Assembly: GCF_009914755.1 (NCBI RefSeq) | Contig: NC_060940.1 | From: the human T2T-CHM13v2.0 reference genome, Homo sapiens | Strand: one strand, 5' to 3' | DNA: 64,000 nucleotides | In this document: one piece after another, positions 1 to 16,664 of the stretch | Numbering within the stretch: position 1 is the stretch's first letter | Layout of the letters: each line of letters begins with the position of its first letter | Notes under the pieces: generated by a model | Told to the model about the DNA's origin: nothing | Database searches by the model: none | The model's input: the letters and a program-made list of their open reading frames with translations, nothing else | Translations under genes and position numbers: made by a program

Positions 1-1459
1 AGCTGCATAGGTCTTTAAAAATTCACTTTCTTCCCTGTGTCTGGGTTGCACAGTAACAGAGATAGATATTCAGTCTCTGTGATGGTTTCCGTGCTTCTCT
101 GGCCTGGATAGTACCATCACCCACACAAAATTCAGCCTGACACCAAGCTCCAGGAACCTTTTCCACTAGACTGAAGACTGTCAAACTTTTTAAAGCATGA
201 CTCACAATACGTTTCCCATCACCACTCCATGCACATGTGTGAAATTTCACAGCACTCATTCTTTCTATCTGTGATATACTCTGAGGTTATCCATTATGTT
301 CTATTTTTTTAAAAAAATGTCTGCAATCCTTAGATTAATTTCATGGCTCACTAAAGAGTCATGACCTACAGCGTGAAAAACAGTGAGGGGGCAAGGATGG
401 CTCATCTATTAAGTCCCAGGGTCTACATCCAGGACACACTCCGTGCTTGCTGCGAGAATGATTCCTAGCAAGACTTTCTCCCAGAGAGTTCCACGTGCAA
501 GCAGAAAGAATCCAATATGGGCTTTAGCAAAGGAAGGGGTAGGACAGAGGTCTCCATTGTCAGCAAGACCACAGAACAATGTAATCACAATATCTGGAGT
601 CAGAGGAACTCCCCTGGCTTCTCTGCAGGGTTCCCTTGCTGTGTAGGTTAACTGGTTTCACCTGGCTTTGGACTTACAGGAGACAAGTTCAGGTTCTCAT
701 CTGCTGCTTAGAAACTGCGCCATTTGGAGCAACCAGTTAAGCTCCTGAGCCTGAATTTCTCTATCTGTAAATTGGAGATTGCTTTTGCAACAAATCTTAT
801 AGTGTTTGAAAGAACACCTGGCATCCTCTAATGCTTGGGATAGATCACCTGTTGTTACCCACGACATTTCAGCCAAACAATGAAGCCTGTCTCCTTACAG
901 TTTGGAGAACAGAGGATTATTTTCTAATTTTTTTTCCATCCAATATGGAGGCATGTCTGAAGGTCATCCAAGTGACTAAAACATGGCAAGTATTTGATGA
1001 TGGAGGAGGTAGAGATGCAACACTTGGAGATAAAATTTCCAGAAAAATGCAGCAATTAACCAAGATATTTTTTCTTTTTTTGTGAACCAAAAACTACCCA
1101 TTTATTAAAAATATCTATCTGTCTTCTGTGCCTGTAAATAAGGGACATCTGGCAACTGGAGCCCCTATTTCTAGTACAGTCTTCTGTTGGTGAAGTCCCA
1201 CGTGCTTCTTGATGTGAGCAGCAAGCAGGTGTGTCCTTGAGCAGAGAGAGGATCAGCTGGGAGGAGGCCTGGCTGCCTGAACTGGGACCACTCAGCAGCA
1301 GCAGCACAGTGCCCAGAGACAGCATGGCTCCTTGAGAACACATTCCTGGGCTCATCCACTGAGAGCAGTTGCCTCAATTCCCTCCATTGGTTGTCACAAA
1401 AGACCAACTCAGTGCAATAACATTTCAGGCCCCAGAAGCCAAGAATGGTTTGAGTCAGG

Positions 1460-1565
1460 CGATGATGAAGATGATGGAAGGAGTAGGAGGAGAAGGGAGA
1501 CAAAGAGAAGGAGAGGGGGAGGAATGAGAGGGGGGAGTGGAAAGGAGGAGGGTAGAAGAAGGAAA
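1460..1565. repeat. GA-rich low-complexity tract
   Basis: gatgatgaagatgatggaaggagtaggaggagaagggag... Confidence 0.8.
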
Positions 1566-2814
1566 TAACACATTACAGGATCATCTACCATGTGCCAGGC
1601 ATGGTGTGAGGATTATTTCTAATCCTCCTATCAACCTTGCCAGAAAGGAGATAATGTCTTCTCTTTTATAGGAAATTAAGCCTAAGGGGATACTGACATA
1701 CAGAAGGCCAATCATATGGCAAGGCCAGGATTTGAACCCAGGTCCATTTGACCCCAAACATGATATTGCTCTTCCCACAACATAAATCTGCCTCCCAGAG
1801 ATGGATTTCCTCTGTCAGAGTGATTCCCAACATTTTGGAAAGCATCCCTATCAACATTGCAATTTTCTCTTAATAATTCCTAGGGAAGCATCTTACCCAT
1901 GAATTCACCTATTTATAATTTAAGTCCCAGCTCATCTGAGCACACCATGGGCTCCAATATGATTATTTCACAGCAAGCACTAATGGCTTAAAAGCATTGT
2001 AAACCTGAGTTGTTACACAGGTATTCATGATAAACAAACAACAAAAAAACAAAAACAAAAAACAAAAACAAAACCAACCACAGTGTACAATAAATTGATT
2101 CAATATTGATTTTTTTTTGCAGACTTTCTTGGTGTATCTTCTATTAATCTTCTGGGAGCATATAGGTTATTTACTCCAGGAATTTTGCTGTTTATCTCAT
2201 TGTATCAAACATTTAATTAAAAGAGCTATCAGCTTGCCTCTAATGTTTTCAGCATGGAGACTGAGCTTTGTCTCTTGAGGATATGGTATCTGTTACTGGG
2301 TGTTTCCAAGTCAGTGAAGGTCAGTCAAATTATTAGTGGTTTTAATTAGTTTTCCCACAAGTGGTCATGTTATTTAGACCCAAAACTATGTAGTAAGGAT
2401 TTCCCCCCGCCCTTGCCTTTGAACATAGCAACAAAAAGCAAAATATGCTGCCAACCACTTTCTTGAAAAATCCTCTCTTCCAGGACATTGCTTCCTGCTG
2501 CTTCCACCATACCTCCAATCACTTCTAGGAATTGCACTTTTGATCCCATAATGCGACAGACTTGCACAATAGCGCTTCATGTCTGCAGAGGGATTCATAT
2601 GCTACAAGATACATTTACATATGTGGCTTTCTTTCATCCTTACTGCAATTGTGACTCCCAAATTTACAAAGCAGACAAAGCAGGCACCGTGAGGTGACAT
2701 GGCTTTAAAAACATTATACGGCTGGCTGGCGAGTGGCAGAGAGGAAACAGGCAGAGAGGAAACACAACTTTTCTGACTCTAAACACAGTGTGTTATCTGC
2801 TGCCTCTGAGATAC

Positions 2815-3295
2815 CACCCGCTTTAGGCGGGGATCTTACAGTAGCTGACCCCAAGTGAAGGATTTGGGGGTGAGCATGATTTACTAGTGAAGGGTTCCAG
2901 GAGAAGTCAGCAGGGGAGCAGGATAAAGTTAGGAAAGACTGGAGAAGGGGGAGAAATCAAGGGTCTGATTTAAGGCCAAGTCTCCATCTCAGTCCCGTCC
3001 TGCAGGGAGCTCCAGAGAGTGATTCGTACCTTAAAGTTTTTCCTGCTTCGAAGCAAGGGAGCAGCTTAGCCTTTGTATTCTCACACAGATTAGTCTTTGG
3101 TTACAGGTGACCACAAAGATTGAGGGAACTTAAATTGCCAGGCATTTACCATTCCAGTGCCCAAAGGCAAAAATCTGCTGAGGATCCCTGAAGTGAGGCT
3201 TTGTCAGCAAAGCACAGAAAGGTGGGGCTGGGCACACAGCGCTGCAAAAGGGATCCCAGGAGATCCAGGTGGGGTATGCACAGTGTCCAGTATAC
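2815..3295 (-). mobile_element. Old ERVL LTR, LTR16-like
   Basis: Resembles recalled LTR16-family segments (cagggagctccagagagtga..., aaagggatcccaggagatccaggtggggt); highly diverged. Confidence 0.4.
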
Positions 3296-4935
3296 CATGC
3301 ATGTATTCATTCACCCAGCAAGAGTGTCCTGAGCACCTCCAAAGTGCAAAATAACTCTATCAAAACTACATCCCTGAGGGCCTCTTCCCCCAGACAATTT
3401 TAGTCTCATCAGCTTTATCTTCTTTATAATACTTATTCCTGCCCCAAATTTCCAAATTTGTTTCTTCCTTGATGTTTACTTGTGTATTGCTTATTTTTTT
3501 CCTACTAGAATTTAAGTTTCTTGGGAGCCTGAGCTCATTCTGCCAAGTTTATTACAGTAGCCAGGAAAGACTTCCCTGAGGAGGTAATGTCTTCCCTAAG
3601 GCCAGAAATTCCAGGAGGAGCCAACCATGAGAAGATTGGGGAAGAACATTCTAGGCAGAGGGCCTAAGAGGCACAAGGACACTGAGCTGAAATAAACTTA
3701 GTGACAGGGATGGAGCAAGAGGAAGGAAACGTGGGAGCAGGTGAGATAACACAGGGCTTTGTGTGCCATGGTAAGTAAAGTGACCCTTACTCAAGCCTCA
3801 ATCGGAAGCCATCAGAGAGAGGTGAGGCACTCTCATGCCTTTGTGGAAATGACTCCATCTTTAACCCCAACCCCTCATCAGCTCTCTTGACAAGATTCTT
3901 TCAACCACAGTGTGTATCATGGATAAGCTGTAAAAGCTTTCCATGGATTGATTTTCTATTCAGCAGTTTGTTGATGAATGGCAAAAGGATATATGTAGAC
4001 TTATGTCAAAAAGATATGTTAGCGAGGTTTTATAACGAGAGACAAATTATCCCCACACACAGAACAGAAAATCTTTGTGGTGCTGCAATCTCAACACTTG
4101 CTGAGCTTAGCAAGTCAGGATGTTTCCTGAACTAAAGTCTCAATAGGAGGATGCACCCAGTTTACCTCTTTTCTTCCTCAATGTGTGTTTCTGAATAGCT
4201 ACTCAAACCCTGCAACCCTTGTTATATTTCATTTCACTGGAGAATGAGAGAGCAGGTGTTTTTACTCCTGTCTTACTGATGTGGGAAGTACAGCCCTATA
4301 AGGGAAGATTAGTGATATATCTGAGTAGAAAGAACCAGTGGGAAATTAAAAAAACAGAAAGAAAGAAAGAAAAAAACTCTCTGCTCCTTTTGTGTGCCTT
4401 GAAGACATTTCAGGTGAGTCAGAAGCGCTGATGCTGAGACTGATTTGGCTGTATGGAAAAGAGGAGCTGTCAGATAATTTTGTCTCTGGGTAGGGCTTAA
4501 AGATGACTTTTTTTCAGGTCATAGATGAGGTACCCACAGCCTACAGTGCTCCTTCACCCCAATTTCTTCTCATCCAGGAAAATGGGCCTTCCTTAACATC
4601 ACACATTCGAAAGGATGAATTTCAACCTAAGCACTTGAGTCATAGGTCATTCACAAGCACCATCAGAAAGATCATATAAATAGGAAACACGACCACTCGG
4701 GGAAGCCAGGCTTCCAAATTAGATCTGGAATCTTTTAGGTCTAGGAGAGCTAACCTTAATGTTCTGTTTCAAAAACTTTGAGAAAGAGGACAATTTGAGT
4801 TAAAGAGAAAAAACCTTCTGGCTTTTGTGCATTCGAGTTGATGGATCTCAATGAGAGGCACCTGAATCTCTTCCTCCTGAAAGGAGAGCAGTTAAGACCA
4901 ACCCTCAGATGGAGAGGAAAGCAAGGTGACCTTAC

Positions 4936-5165
4936 CTTTTTGTCACTGAGGCCGGTCACTTGGTCCACAAATTCCTCTTGGATCATGAAGGCAGCCAGAT
5001 TGGCTGTGTAGCTAGCCAGGAATATGACAGCGAAGAAGGCCCATACAGATACCATGATCTTGCTGGTGGTCCCTTTAGGATTCTGGACAGGCACGGAGTT
5101 ATTGAACACCAGGCCCCAAAGAAGCCATATAGCTTTTCCAATTGTAAAAGAAGGCCCATGGGGTG
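4936..5165 (-). CDS. GRIN2A: GluN2A coding exon, ~aa 593-669 (M2 pore loop N614/N615, M3 SYTANLAAF gate)
   Basis: (A)[76 protein letters not shown]. Acceptor cttctgcag|CA, donor AAG|gtaag. 230 nt. Confidence 0.98.
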
Positions 5166-6952
5166 CTGCAGAAGATGAAAAGGACATTCTCAGCATTTTC
5201 TGAAAAAAATGCCTGTTTGTGTATGACAACCACGCAGCAGCCACCAGCAGCACCGAAGGTTGCCAGAAGATGGAATTATATCATAGTTGTGTCCTGTGAT
5301 TGCCCTAGAACCACAATAACTTATTTTTTTCTTTAAAAATTAGCATTCTTCTCACATTTCTATCTAACTGGATTTTTGCCACATTTCTTTAAAAAAAGAA
5401 AGGAAACGAAAATGGTTATGCAAAATGGGGGTTTGAATAAGTAGTGTTATGACCTGTTTTAAATTTGGATTTGATTCCCATTTGAGGAAACCAGCCTTCT
5501 TAATAAACATAAAGAGAGCCTGACAAAAATGTGTGCATGGGGACTGCTTCCAAATTCATCGGATGTGCTATCGTATAAGAACCATGCAATTCAGCGGGAC
5601 TGATGTTTGGTATTCTAATCCGATTGTCCCTAGCAATTGCTCCTGTTCAAACTCAGATGTAAAGTGTGTACAACATAAGAATTAAACCAAACTAAAACCC
5701 TCTCCAAATGGAGACATTAAGGAATGGAACAATAGATCTTAATTCTTCCAACACTTCACAGATGGAAGACATTTCATTGCAGGGTCATGGAAAATGAACA
5801 CTGATGTCATATCACAGCACTTTTTCCAGTATATCCTCGCAATAGCTATGCAGCCCTTTTAAGATTCTTAAATGTTCCTTGCAACAGACTTAACTAAAGA
5901 GACAGAATGATATGCCAAAATTTATGGCGATGGGGCATATGCAGGCTGTAAAACACACATATTAGGGTTTTCAAGTCTTTGTTCTGCATGGGCAAAAAAA
6001 AAAAAAAAAAAAAAATCAACTGATGCCCTAATTTCATAGGGAAGGTTTCCCTTTAACAGGAGGTTAATTTTTATGTCATTTAAGTAAATGAAGATATGAA
6101 AAAATGATCTACTCAGATGTCACCTGCCAATATAAGCAGAGTGGGCAATAAATAAAGTGGCAGAAGCAAATTCACATTAATGGAAGTTATGAAGTGCTGG
6201 GCAGGAAGCCTAGGAAAAGCAAGCTCTCTGCACATTGGAGGCCAAACCCAGGCTACAGCTGTACTTATAATATCCATGACACAACCCATTAAAGAGAAAG
6301 CAGTTAATTCTCTTATTCTCAATCTCTCCTGTTTCTATTTGGCTAGTTTTGTGATCTTCTGGGCTTATTCTCAAGAGGCAGGAAATTCTTGGGGAAAACT
6401 TAGAGTTAATCCAGTCAACTTTATGAACGATTTAGTTTTTTTAGGGATGCACACTGATCAGAAATGACAGCTATTTAGGAATCAGATGTAGGCAGTTCAG
6501 AAGGATCGGTCCAAGACTTCTAGGAATTCCTGATTCATGAATACTATGACTGGGCCATATAACTTTTCCCATAAAGTGCAGCGAAATGTAACAGAAAACC
6601 ATTTTGTACAAAGAAACAAGTAGCTGTCATTTCCCAAGAGTTGCCACAGCAGATGAGCTGGAAACAGAGAGCCTGGAGAGAATGGAAGGGCTGAGGAGTT
6701 TGCACAACTGATGCCATCCTTTACAATAGTCTTTCCAGCATGCTTCAGGCAAAGGAGAACGTATTGCAAGGATGGGCTGTGGGTGGTTTTTACCTTCCAA
6801 AATGTAACTCAGATTTACCTGATTATCTGTATTTTCGTTGTTCTTGACAAGTTCCAAGTCATTGCAGTCCTTTCTCTTGGAAAAGTGACACCTTCTTAAC
6901 TGCCCTCCCCGTCCCCGCTTCCAACTGTTGTCCCCACACACTATCTGGATAG

Positions 6953-7345
<393 letters not shown>

Positions 7346-7432
7346 TGAAGAAAGTCTGACATGCTTCCCATGGTCAATTGCCTATCTCTCTGATTTCATC
7401 TTATACTATTGTCTACCTCATTCACTCACATC

Positions 7433-7601
7433 TTTTTATTTTATTTTTTAATAGAGACAGGGTCTTGCTCTGCTGACTAGGCAGTGCAGTGGTGTGATCA
7501 TAGCTCACTGCAACCTAAACCTCCTGGGCTCAAGTAATTCTCCTACCTCAGCCTTCTGAGTAGCCGGGAATACAGGCACGCATCATCACGCCAGGCTTAT
7601 T

Positions 7602-7644
<43 letters not shown>

Positions 7645-7762
7645 TTGTAGAGATGAGGTCTTGCTATGTTACCCAGGCTGGTCTCAAACTCCTGACCTCA
7701 GGCAATTCTCCTGCCTTGGCCTCAAAAAGCCTTGACATCACAAGTATGAGCCACTGCACCCC
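7433..7762 (-). mobile_element. AluJ with (ATTT)n expansion of the middle linker (~7597-7646)
   Basis: gagacagggtcttgctct...gatcatagctcactgcaacc...ctcctgggctcaag, J-type diagnostics. Confidence 0.9.
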
Positions 7763-8150
7763 CTCAGCCTTTTTCTGTTTCTTGAGCATCTCAAGATTAT
7801 TTCAGCCTTTCTGTTTGCTGTTCCTTTTACATGAAATGACTGTAACTGTTTTTGACAGATAAAATTGTATGTCACCCTTCAGGTCCTAGCTCAATGAACA
7901 TCCTTTCCCATTGGACCATCTTATCTAACGTAGTGTCTGCACCCCATCACTATCATGTCACTATGTTTTTTTCTTCTTCTTGATATTTATTATAATCTGT
8001 TATTATTAGTTTGTGTGTCTACATGTTATTTTCACAACTAAATTCTAAACTGCCTGATAGAAAATCTCTATTTGATTTACCACATTATCTCTGGCAGCAG
8101 TATAGTGCCTCCTGGCACGTAGTACCCATTTGATAAATATTCATCAGAAA
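7763..8150 (+). mobile_element. L2 3' fragment (continues left, interrupted by the two Alus)
   Basis: Ends ...cagtatagtgcctcctggcacgtagtacccatttgataaatatt, a typical L2 3' end. Confidence 0.55.
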
Positions 8151-9229
8151 ATGTGTAAATTCACAACAGCACAAGCCCTGATTATGCAAATATAAGGAAC
8201 TACTGTATCACAGTGTGGTCACTCACAGAAACTGTCTCAGATTCCACCCTGTTGGAAATCTTCTTAGAGGTTAAATTACCCTTTAAATGAAGGCTTGCAA
8301 TCTCCCATTAAACACAACATCATTATTTATGGCATTGTTTAGTATCTGGTTGATTGAAGATGGTTTATGTGGTAATCACCACTCTTCAATGGTGAGGAAG
8401 AAGTTGAAAGATTTCAATAAAACTAGGTTCCTAATAGATTCCCATGACCTGTTGAGTATTTCCAATATTAAAACATCTAAGTGAAAAGAATATGTATCCA
8501 TCACATTAAAGTGCTCTGCTTTTTGGGGGATATGAGACTTCAAGTTCCATCCTCTACCATATCAAGTCATTTTTTGGGAAAGAGATTTGGTCCTGACACT
8601 TTTCTGATAACACCCATTTAGAAGGTAGTGCCCACTGAGGAAAGCCCACTCAAAATGGCATAACGTGTATGACATAAACCCTGGCTAGAGTGGGATCCTT
8701 TTAATGAGTTATAGCTAACGAATGCCTCCCAATTTTATTTCCTATCTACTGATTGTCCCTTTATCAACTACAATGCACTAAGATCAATGCATTTTATTTT
8801 AGCACACTTGATTTCCTCCTGGCATCACCAACAGGAAAATATAACCCTATGGGGAAATATATCACTTCATAGTTATATTTATTGTCAAACTAATGTAAAT
8901 TGATTCAGTAGTTTGAGGAATGTTCTTAAACTAGATTTTATAAAGTCATTTTCTTTGCATAGACTGAAGTTGAAACCCATGACAATTTTAGCATTTGACA
9001 AGCATTTTTTAAATTAATTGTCAGAAAAGTTCCTTCAAATCTGCTTTCCCAACAAATTGAACATCAGTGGTTTTCACCTAACAACTATTGACTTCAGGTT
9101 ATGACAAGATTAAAATATTTCATTTTGTTTTATCCATCAGTTGAAGTACATAAACCATACTTTTCTGGTATTACAAGCAATATCAGTGACCCAAAACCAT
9201 TCATACAATGGTACACCAACGCAGTATAA

Positions 9230-9526
<297 letters not shown>

Positions 9527-9561
9527 TAGAGTAATGTGTTCTAAAACTGAAATTTTCATTA

Positions 9562-9774
<213 letters not shown>

Positions 9775-9849
9775 TTAGTTATCTCTTCCTCACTTCCAGC
9801 AGGAAGCCCAGACATCCATTTGCAGGCTCGCCAAAAATATTTTCTCTAA

Positions 9850-10191
<342 letters not shown>

Positions 10192-13100
10192 AGCCAGACA
10201 TTTTTTATTCATCATTTTAAATCATTCTTTATTCTACAAAATATTTGAAGTATAAGATTGCATATAATATAATAAAAATAGAGAAGAGCATAGGACATTT
10301 TACAAATTAGGTCAAGGATAATCAGAAGAAAAAAGAGTGATAAGAAAGAGGGAGCAAGTTAGAATGCAAATAAACAGGCCATAGTTTCCTTTGTAATTAT
10401 AGAACCATCCAGGGGGCTAAAGCTAGGAAGAAAAAAGACTAGACCCAAATAGTAAACCATAGGCTCCTGCAAATTGTTATGGTTTTTATTTTTATTTTTT
10501 CATGCTAGAAAGATGATATGCAGGGAATTCCAAAAATAAAGGGAGAATTATAACCTGTTGGAAAAGAATTATAAAATCATGGGTGACAGAAATATTGGAA
10601 AGTTATAATCTACCACACTCTCCATTTCACCTTTTGCCTCAGATAGATGAGATTCCTACAGCTTTATTAATCTTGTTGATGTTGGTAGCAGCCTTAAATG
10701 CAATTGAAAGTCAATTGAGGATATTATCTTCACATGATAATTCAATAAAAAAGCATCACTTAAAGGGTAGAGGCAATAAAATAGTAGATGGATAGATGGT
10801 TATTTCCACTAAAAGTAGTTTTCATCAGCTCATTTGCATGTAACTTAGGCAGTAGGTGGATGTCTTAGAAGGGCAGGCCAAGTCATAAGGCTCTAAGCCT
10901 TGTAACACTCTAGAAAGGTAAGAAATATTATGTAAAATAAGATTACTATTCAACTTGATTGAGGATATGAAAATTAGCTGACTGCAGCCATTTTATTTAT
11001 GGTATAGATTTGCTATAAAATCAACAGAAAATAAATTTTAAAAATGAATACATCTCCACCTGAATGTATCATGGGGAAGAAATTGCCTATAGACACCAAT
11101 GAACTTAAAACCCTTTTCCTCATAAGCAAATATTTTCTGAGGGTTAAAATAAGTCCAATAATACTTCTTGAATAGTAAACATATTATTATTTTAAAATTG
11201 TTTTCCTAGTGAAGCTACTTATAATAATAAAGAGCTAGGTTGATAGCAGGCCACCTTCTTATTAGAGTATGACTACTTAACACAGCTAGAGGTCACCACA
11301 AATTCCAATTTAATGAGTTTAATGTATAACAAGAAACTAATATGTCCGAACTTAACTTTAGCTATATTGGATAATTTAAAAGCTGGGAGGAATGCTTTCT
11401 AATGCATTTGATAGTGCAAATATATTAAAAAGCAACAGGTAACACAACTTACTTAAGTAACACAAGATGCGCTCCAAGAAATCAATGAAACTGCAACTGA
11501 AATTTATTTTAACTTTAGCTTGAGTAATAAACAATATTATGTCCCTGAAATAATAGCAATTTAATACTGAGTTGTATCCAAAAAGGAAATTAGATAAATA
11601 AATGATTAGGAGATTTATAAGTACTTCATATTCAAGAATAGAGATAAAATAATTCTCCGAGTTGCGTAGTGTGTCTTATTGGAGGAGGATCATTATGATG
11701 AGCAAATAAGCATATACATGAAAGTGTTTGTTCGTGTGTGAGGCACACAATATACAGACAATATACTGAGTGGAATAGCTGTGTGATTCCAGGATTAAAG
11801 CCAGAAATACTGGGGCAACAATACGCTGTCCATGGTTCTGAAAAGGGCGTGCTGGTTTTTGAAAAAGCACATTTATTAATCTGGTAACGTCTATTTCTCT
11901 GCAGGCTGTGAAAACATTATTTTTAAACATTAGAAGGGACCATAACTGAATTATCCTATGTGCATGTAAGAATCTGTAAACCTGCAGTGAACTTTTTTTG
12001 GTAGGTGCATCCTTGTCACTAACACGCTAGTCAGAAAATCAAGTGGAAACTGATGAAGCAACTGTTCCCACATGTCTCCCCACTTGGAATTGACCACATC
12101 TGTTCCTTAACTTGTGAGCACAGCACGGATCAAAGGACTCTGCTGCAGTAGTCTTGTTTTAGTAAATTAAGTACCTATCAGTGCCCTGAAGGGTTGCTAT
12201 TCTAAGATACCACACACGTGAATGCACACACATGCTCCAGAACAAAGAAACATCGTTAAAGCAACATCTATAGTGTCTAAGGAGTGACCCAGAAATAGTT
12301 TAGATAACTCTCTATTACATCTTCTAATGGCTTAAAACAGATTCAACATTTGTCCATGAAGGAACTGCAATCGAGGAGATACCAGGTCAGCATTTCTTTG
12401 GATCAAAGAATCCAACTTGTTTGGAAACTCTTCAGAATTAACTAGATAGAAATATTACAGGAGATGCCATCTCTGTCCTTGAAGAGCCACTGGTTACATT
12501 TTTACACAAAAGCTTAGAGGCATTACCTGCAAGTGCTTCTGATGTGAGTTAATGGAGTTTGTGGAGGAGAGAAAATAGGAAATAATGAACAGCAATAAAA
12601 TCAGATTTTGAATGTTTTGGCTCTTCCAGATGACTAAGCCAGTGAATGGAAAAATGTAGCTTAGCTGGTTCATTATGACTTTCAAAATCTGTAGATAATG
12701 ACCGTAAATAAGGGGGTGCACAGTCAATCAAATAGGGATGTAATTTAGTGACTAGGAAAAATATTAAGCCTACTGGGTAAAAACAGCTTTGAAAATAGTT
12801 TCCTCTGGTTACAATTTATTTTACTTTTAAAAATGCAGCAGGAAAAGTGTGGGGAAAGAGAGGTTTTGCTAAATTTAGCAAAATACTTGACATTTTTATG
12901 GAAATGTTTTACAAATGCAAGCAAGATAAAAATCTAGAGAAACTGGGTTGAGGCCAGATTCAATATTCACGACCCATTTTCATAAGACAAGCCAATTGAT
13001 ATTTTTTTCTCTCTGATTGAATTGGAAAAAGAGTTCTCTCTAGCTCACTAAAGAGATACAAGACTTTTTTGTGTGAAAAGAAACAATTTCTTTCCATTTT

Positions 13101-13748
13101 GATCCATGAACTCACTTCCTCTAACCCTTTCTTAACCTCCAGGACAAAGGATTCCTGCCAAAGAGTCTGAAAGGGAATGAGGGGAAACATGACTAGGAGT
13201 GACTAAAGAGTGAATGTCCACTTAAGAATTATTAAGATTCTGCATGTGTTGTCAATATCAGCTGGTTGCATTGTTCCTGGCATAGTGAGGCTCTCTTATT
13301 AAAATACGAGTATCTGAATCCATGTCAGACGGAGGGACAAAAGGAACATAATGAGGTGTGTATTTGTCAGGGTCCACATTACTCCAACAAAGGTTACAAA
13401 AATTGAAGCAACGAGTGCAAAATCAAATCCAGAGAGTGGCAAGCATTTTAACAGCTTAAATGGATTATCAAAAATGAAAACAGTAAATCCATAGCGCTCT
13501 GAATGTAAGGCAGTGTCCAAAATCCTGTTAGTCAATATTTCACTGAAGAGAACGAAACATGAAAGTTTCACTGGATGCCAACATTACATATAAATGAAGA
13601 CAGTGGAAGAATAAGACAATGGGCTTGGAGTTGGTGTCCACAAATTGGTTTCAGTTTACAATTTGCTTTAAGAGATAAAGTTATTTTTGTCTCTGGAAAA
13701 ATATAAGAAAGTTAGTTGACTTTAATATAACTGTTTTCCCAGGGGGGA

Positions 13749-14575
13749 GATTTCTCAAACAACTAAAAGTAGATCTACCATTTGATCCAGCAATTTCACT
13801 ACTGGGTATCTACCCAAAGGAAAAGAAGTTATTATATCAAAAAGACACTTGCACACATATGTTTATCAGAGCACAACTCACAATTGCAAAGATATGGAAT
13901 CAACCTATGAGCCCATCAACTGATGATTGCATAAAGAAAATGTGGTATATATACATTGTGGAATACTACTCAGCCATAAAAAAGAATGATGCAATGTCTT
14001 TTGCAGCAACTTGGATGAAACTGGAGGCCATCATTCTAAATATATGATAGTCATCTAGCAAATAAATGACTGTTGTTCTTTGTGAGATGGAGGATGGGTA
14101 TGTAGATGCTGAATAAAGGTTTATGGGCTGATTTAAATTAACTGTGGACCGACAGGTTTATTTTTAAAATGTTTTCAAGACTCTAAGCAATATAGCTATT
14201 AATTTACATTCCACAGTGTCAAGACCAGTATCTGAATATGTGATCTTATTTTTTTAGCAGCTTTTTCTAAGTTTGAGATAAATGAAAGATGTGAACTGGG
14301 GGATGGGTTTTTCAAGAATGGAAAATCTAATACTACATATTCTCACTTCTAAATGAAAGCTAACCTATGGGTATGAAAAAGCACACAAGTGGTATAATGG
14401 ACACTGGAGACTCAGAAAGGGAGAGGATGGGAGGGAGATGAGTGATGGAAAATTACCTACAATGTACACTATTTAGGTGACAGGTACACTAAAGGCCCAG
14501 ACTTCACCACTATATAATTCGTCCATATAACCAAAAATCACTTGTACCCCTGAGCTATTGAAATTTTTTAAAAAT
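13749..14575 (+). mobile_element. L1 (L1PB/L1MA-type) 3' end, split by a non-L1 insert at ~14041-14311
   Basis: ORF2 C-terminal-like MFIRAQLTIAKIWNQP...KKMWYIY...YSAIKKN...FAATWMKLEAIIL; resumes tcaagaatggaaaatctaatactacatattctcactt... to an A-rich end. Confidence 0.88.
14052..14306 (+). repeat. Copy of 15102-15351 (~92% identity), inside the L1
   Basis: Manual alignment: about 16 substitutions and 4 indels over ~250 nt. Confidence 0.95.
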
Positions 14576-15101
14576 TATACATATTTTTCCCCTCTCAGTT
14601 TTCCTCCAGAGATTCACGTTTGTCTTAACCTTCCCTAATTTGGGACAAACCCACTTATATGGGAGTGCCAAGGGGGAATTAGTGATCTGAATTTCATGAT
14701 ATTCAACAAGATAGTTACAGTCAAAACTCATTTATGATAACCAAACAGTTAATACAACACTTTCCTTTAAAGACAAAAATAATGCTTTACTATGTTCCAT
14801 GAAATTTCAACTCTAGCCAGGCTACCCAATACAGTCCAAGTGCTAGAGAAAAGCAGATGATAGAAAACATAGCTCTTCCTTGATTTAAAAAAAAAAAACA
14901 CCTTTTATGTAAAAACATAAATTTACAAAACGGTTAAAAAAATCACAAGAATTTCCTTCTTTACAAACTATTTGGCTTAATGGGTAGTCACATTTAAAAT
15001 ATGATTCGATTAATTTTAAATCAGCATATACTTTTCAGACTATTCCTATTAGCAGAATATTGGCATAAATCATCGTGCAGTCATCATTATTTTCACTCTT
15101 A

Positions 15102-15351
15102 CATCTAGCAAATAAATGACTGCTGTTCTTTGTGGGATGGAGGATGGATATGTAGATGCTGAATAAAGGTCTATGAGCTGGTTTAAATTAACTGTGGACA
15201 GCTTTATTTTTAAATGTTTTCAATATTCTAAGCAATATATCTATTAATTTACATTCTACAGAGTCAAGACCAGTATCTGAATATGTGATCATATTTTTTT
15301 CAGCAGCTTTTTCCAAGTTTAAGACAAATGAAAGATGTGAACTGGGGATGG
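15102..15351 (+). repeat. Partner (probable donor) of 14052-14306
   Basis: catctagcaaataaatgactg ... gatgtgaactggggatgg. Confidence 0.95.
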
Positions 15352-15368
15352 AGGGGAGTGAATTAGGA

Positions 15369-16008
<640 letters not shown>

Positions 16009-16151
16009 TAGGATAATTCAAATGCAGCATCCTCTGAAATATGCTGCCATGGCCAAACAGAGCTAAACAAGTTCCTTTCTGGTCCCATCCTCTGAGCAAA
16101 CAAGATTTCCTACAATTCCTTATAGGAAAGCAATAGTCACTATGAAATTCA

Positions 16152-16421
<270 letters not shown>

Positions 16422-16424
16422 CTA

Positions 16425-16664
<240 letters not shown>

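Noticed and set aside
4756-5253. 165-aa ORF as a standalone gene
   Set aside because: Only 4936-5165 is GluN2A; the flanks are intronic read-through beyond canonical splice sites.
13859-14047. L1 ORF2-like peptide as an active retroelement
   Set aside because: Only a short, diverged and interrupted C-terminal remnant.
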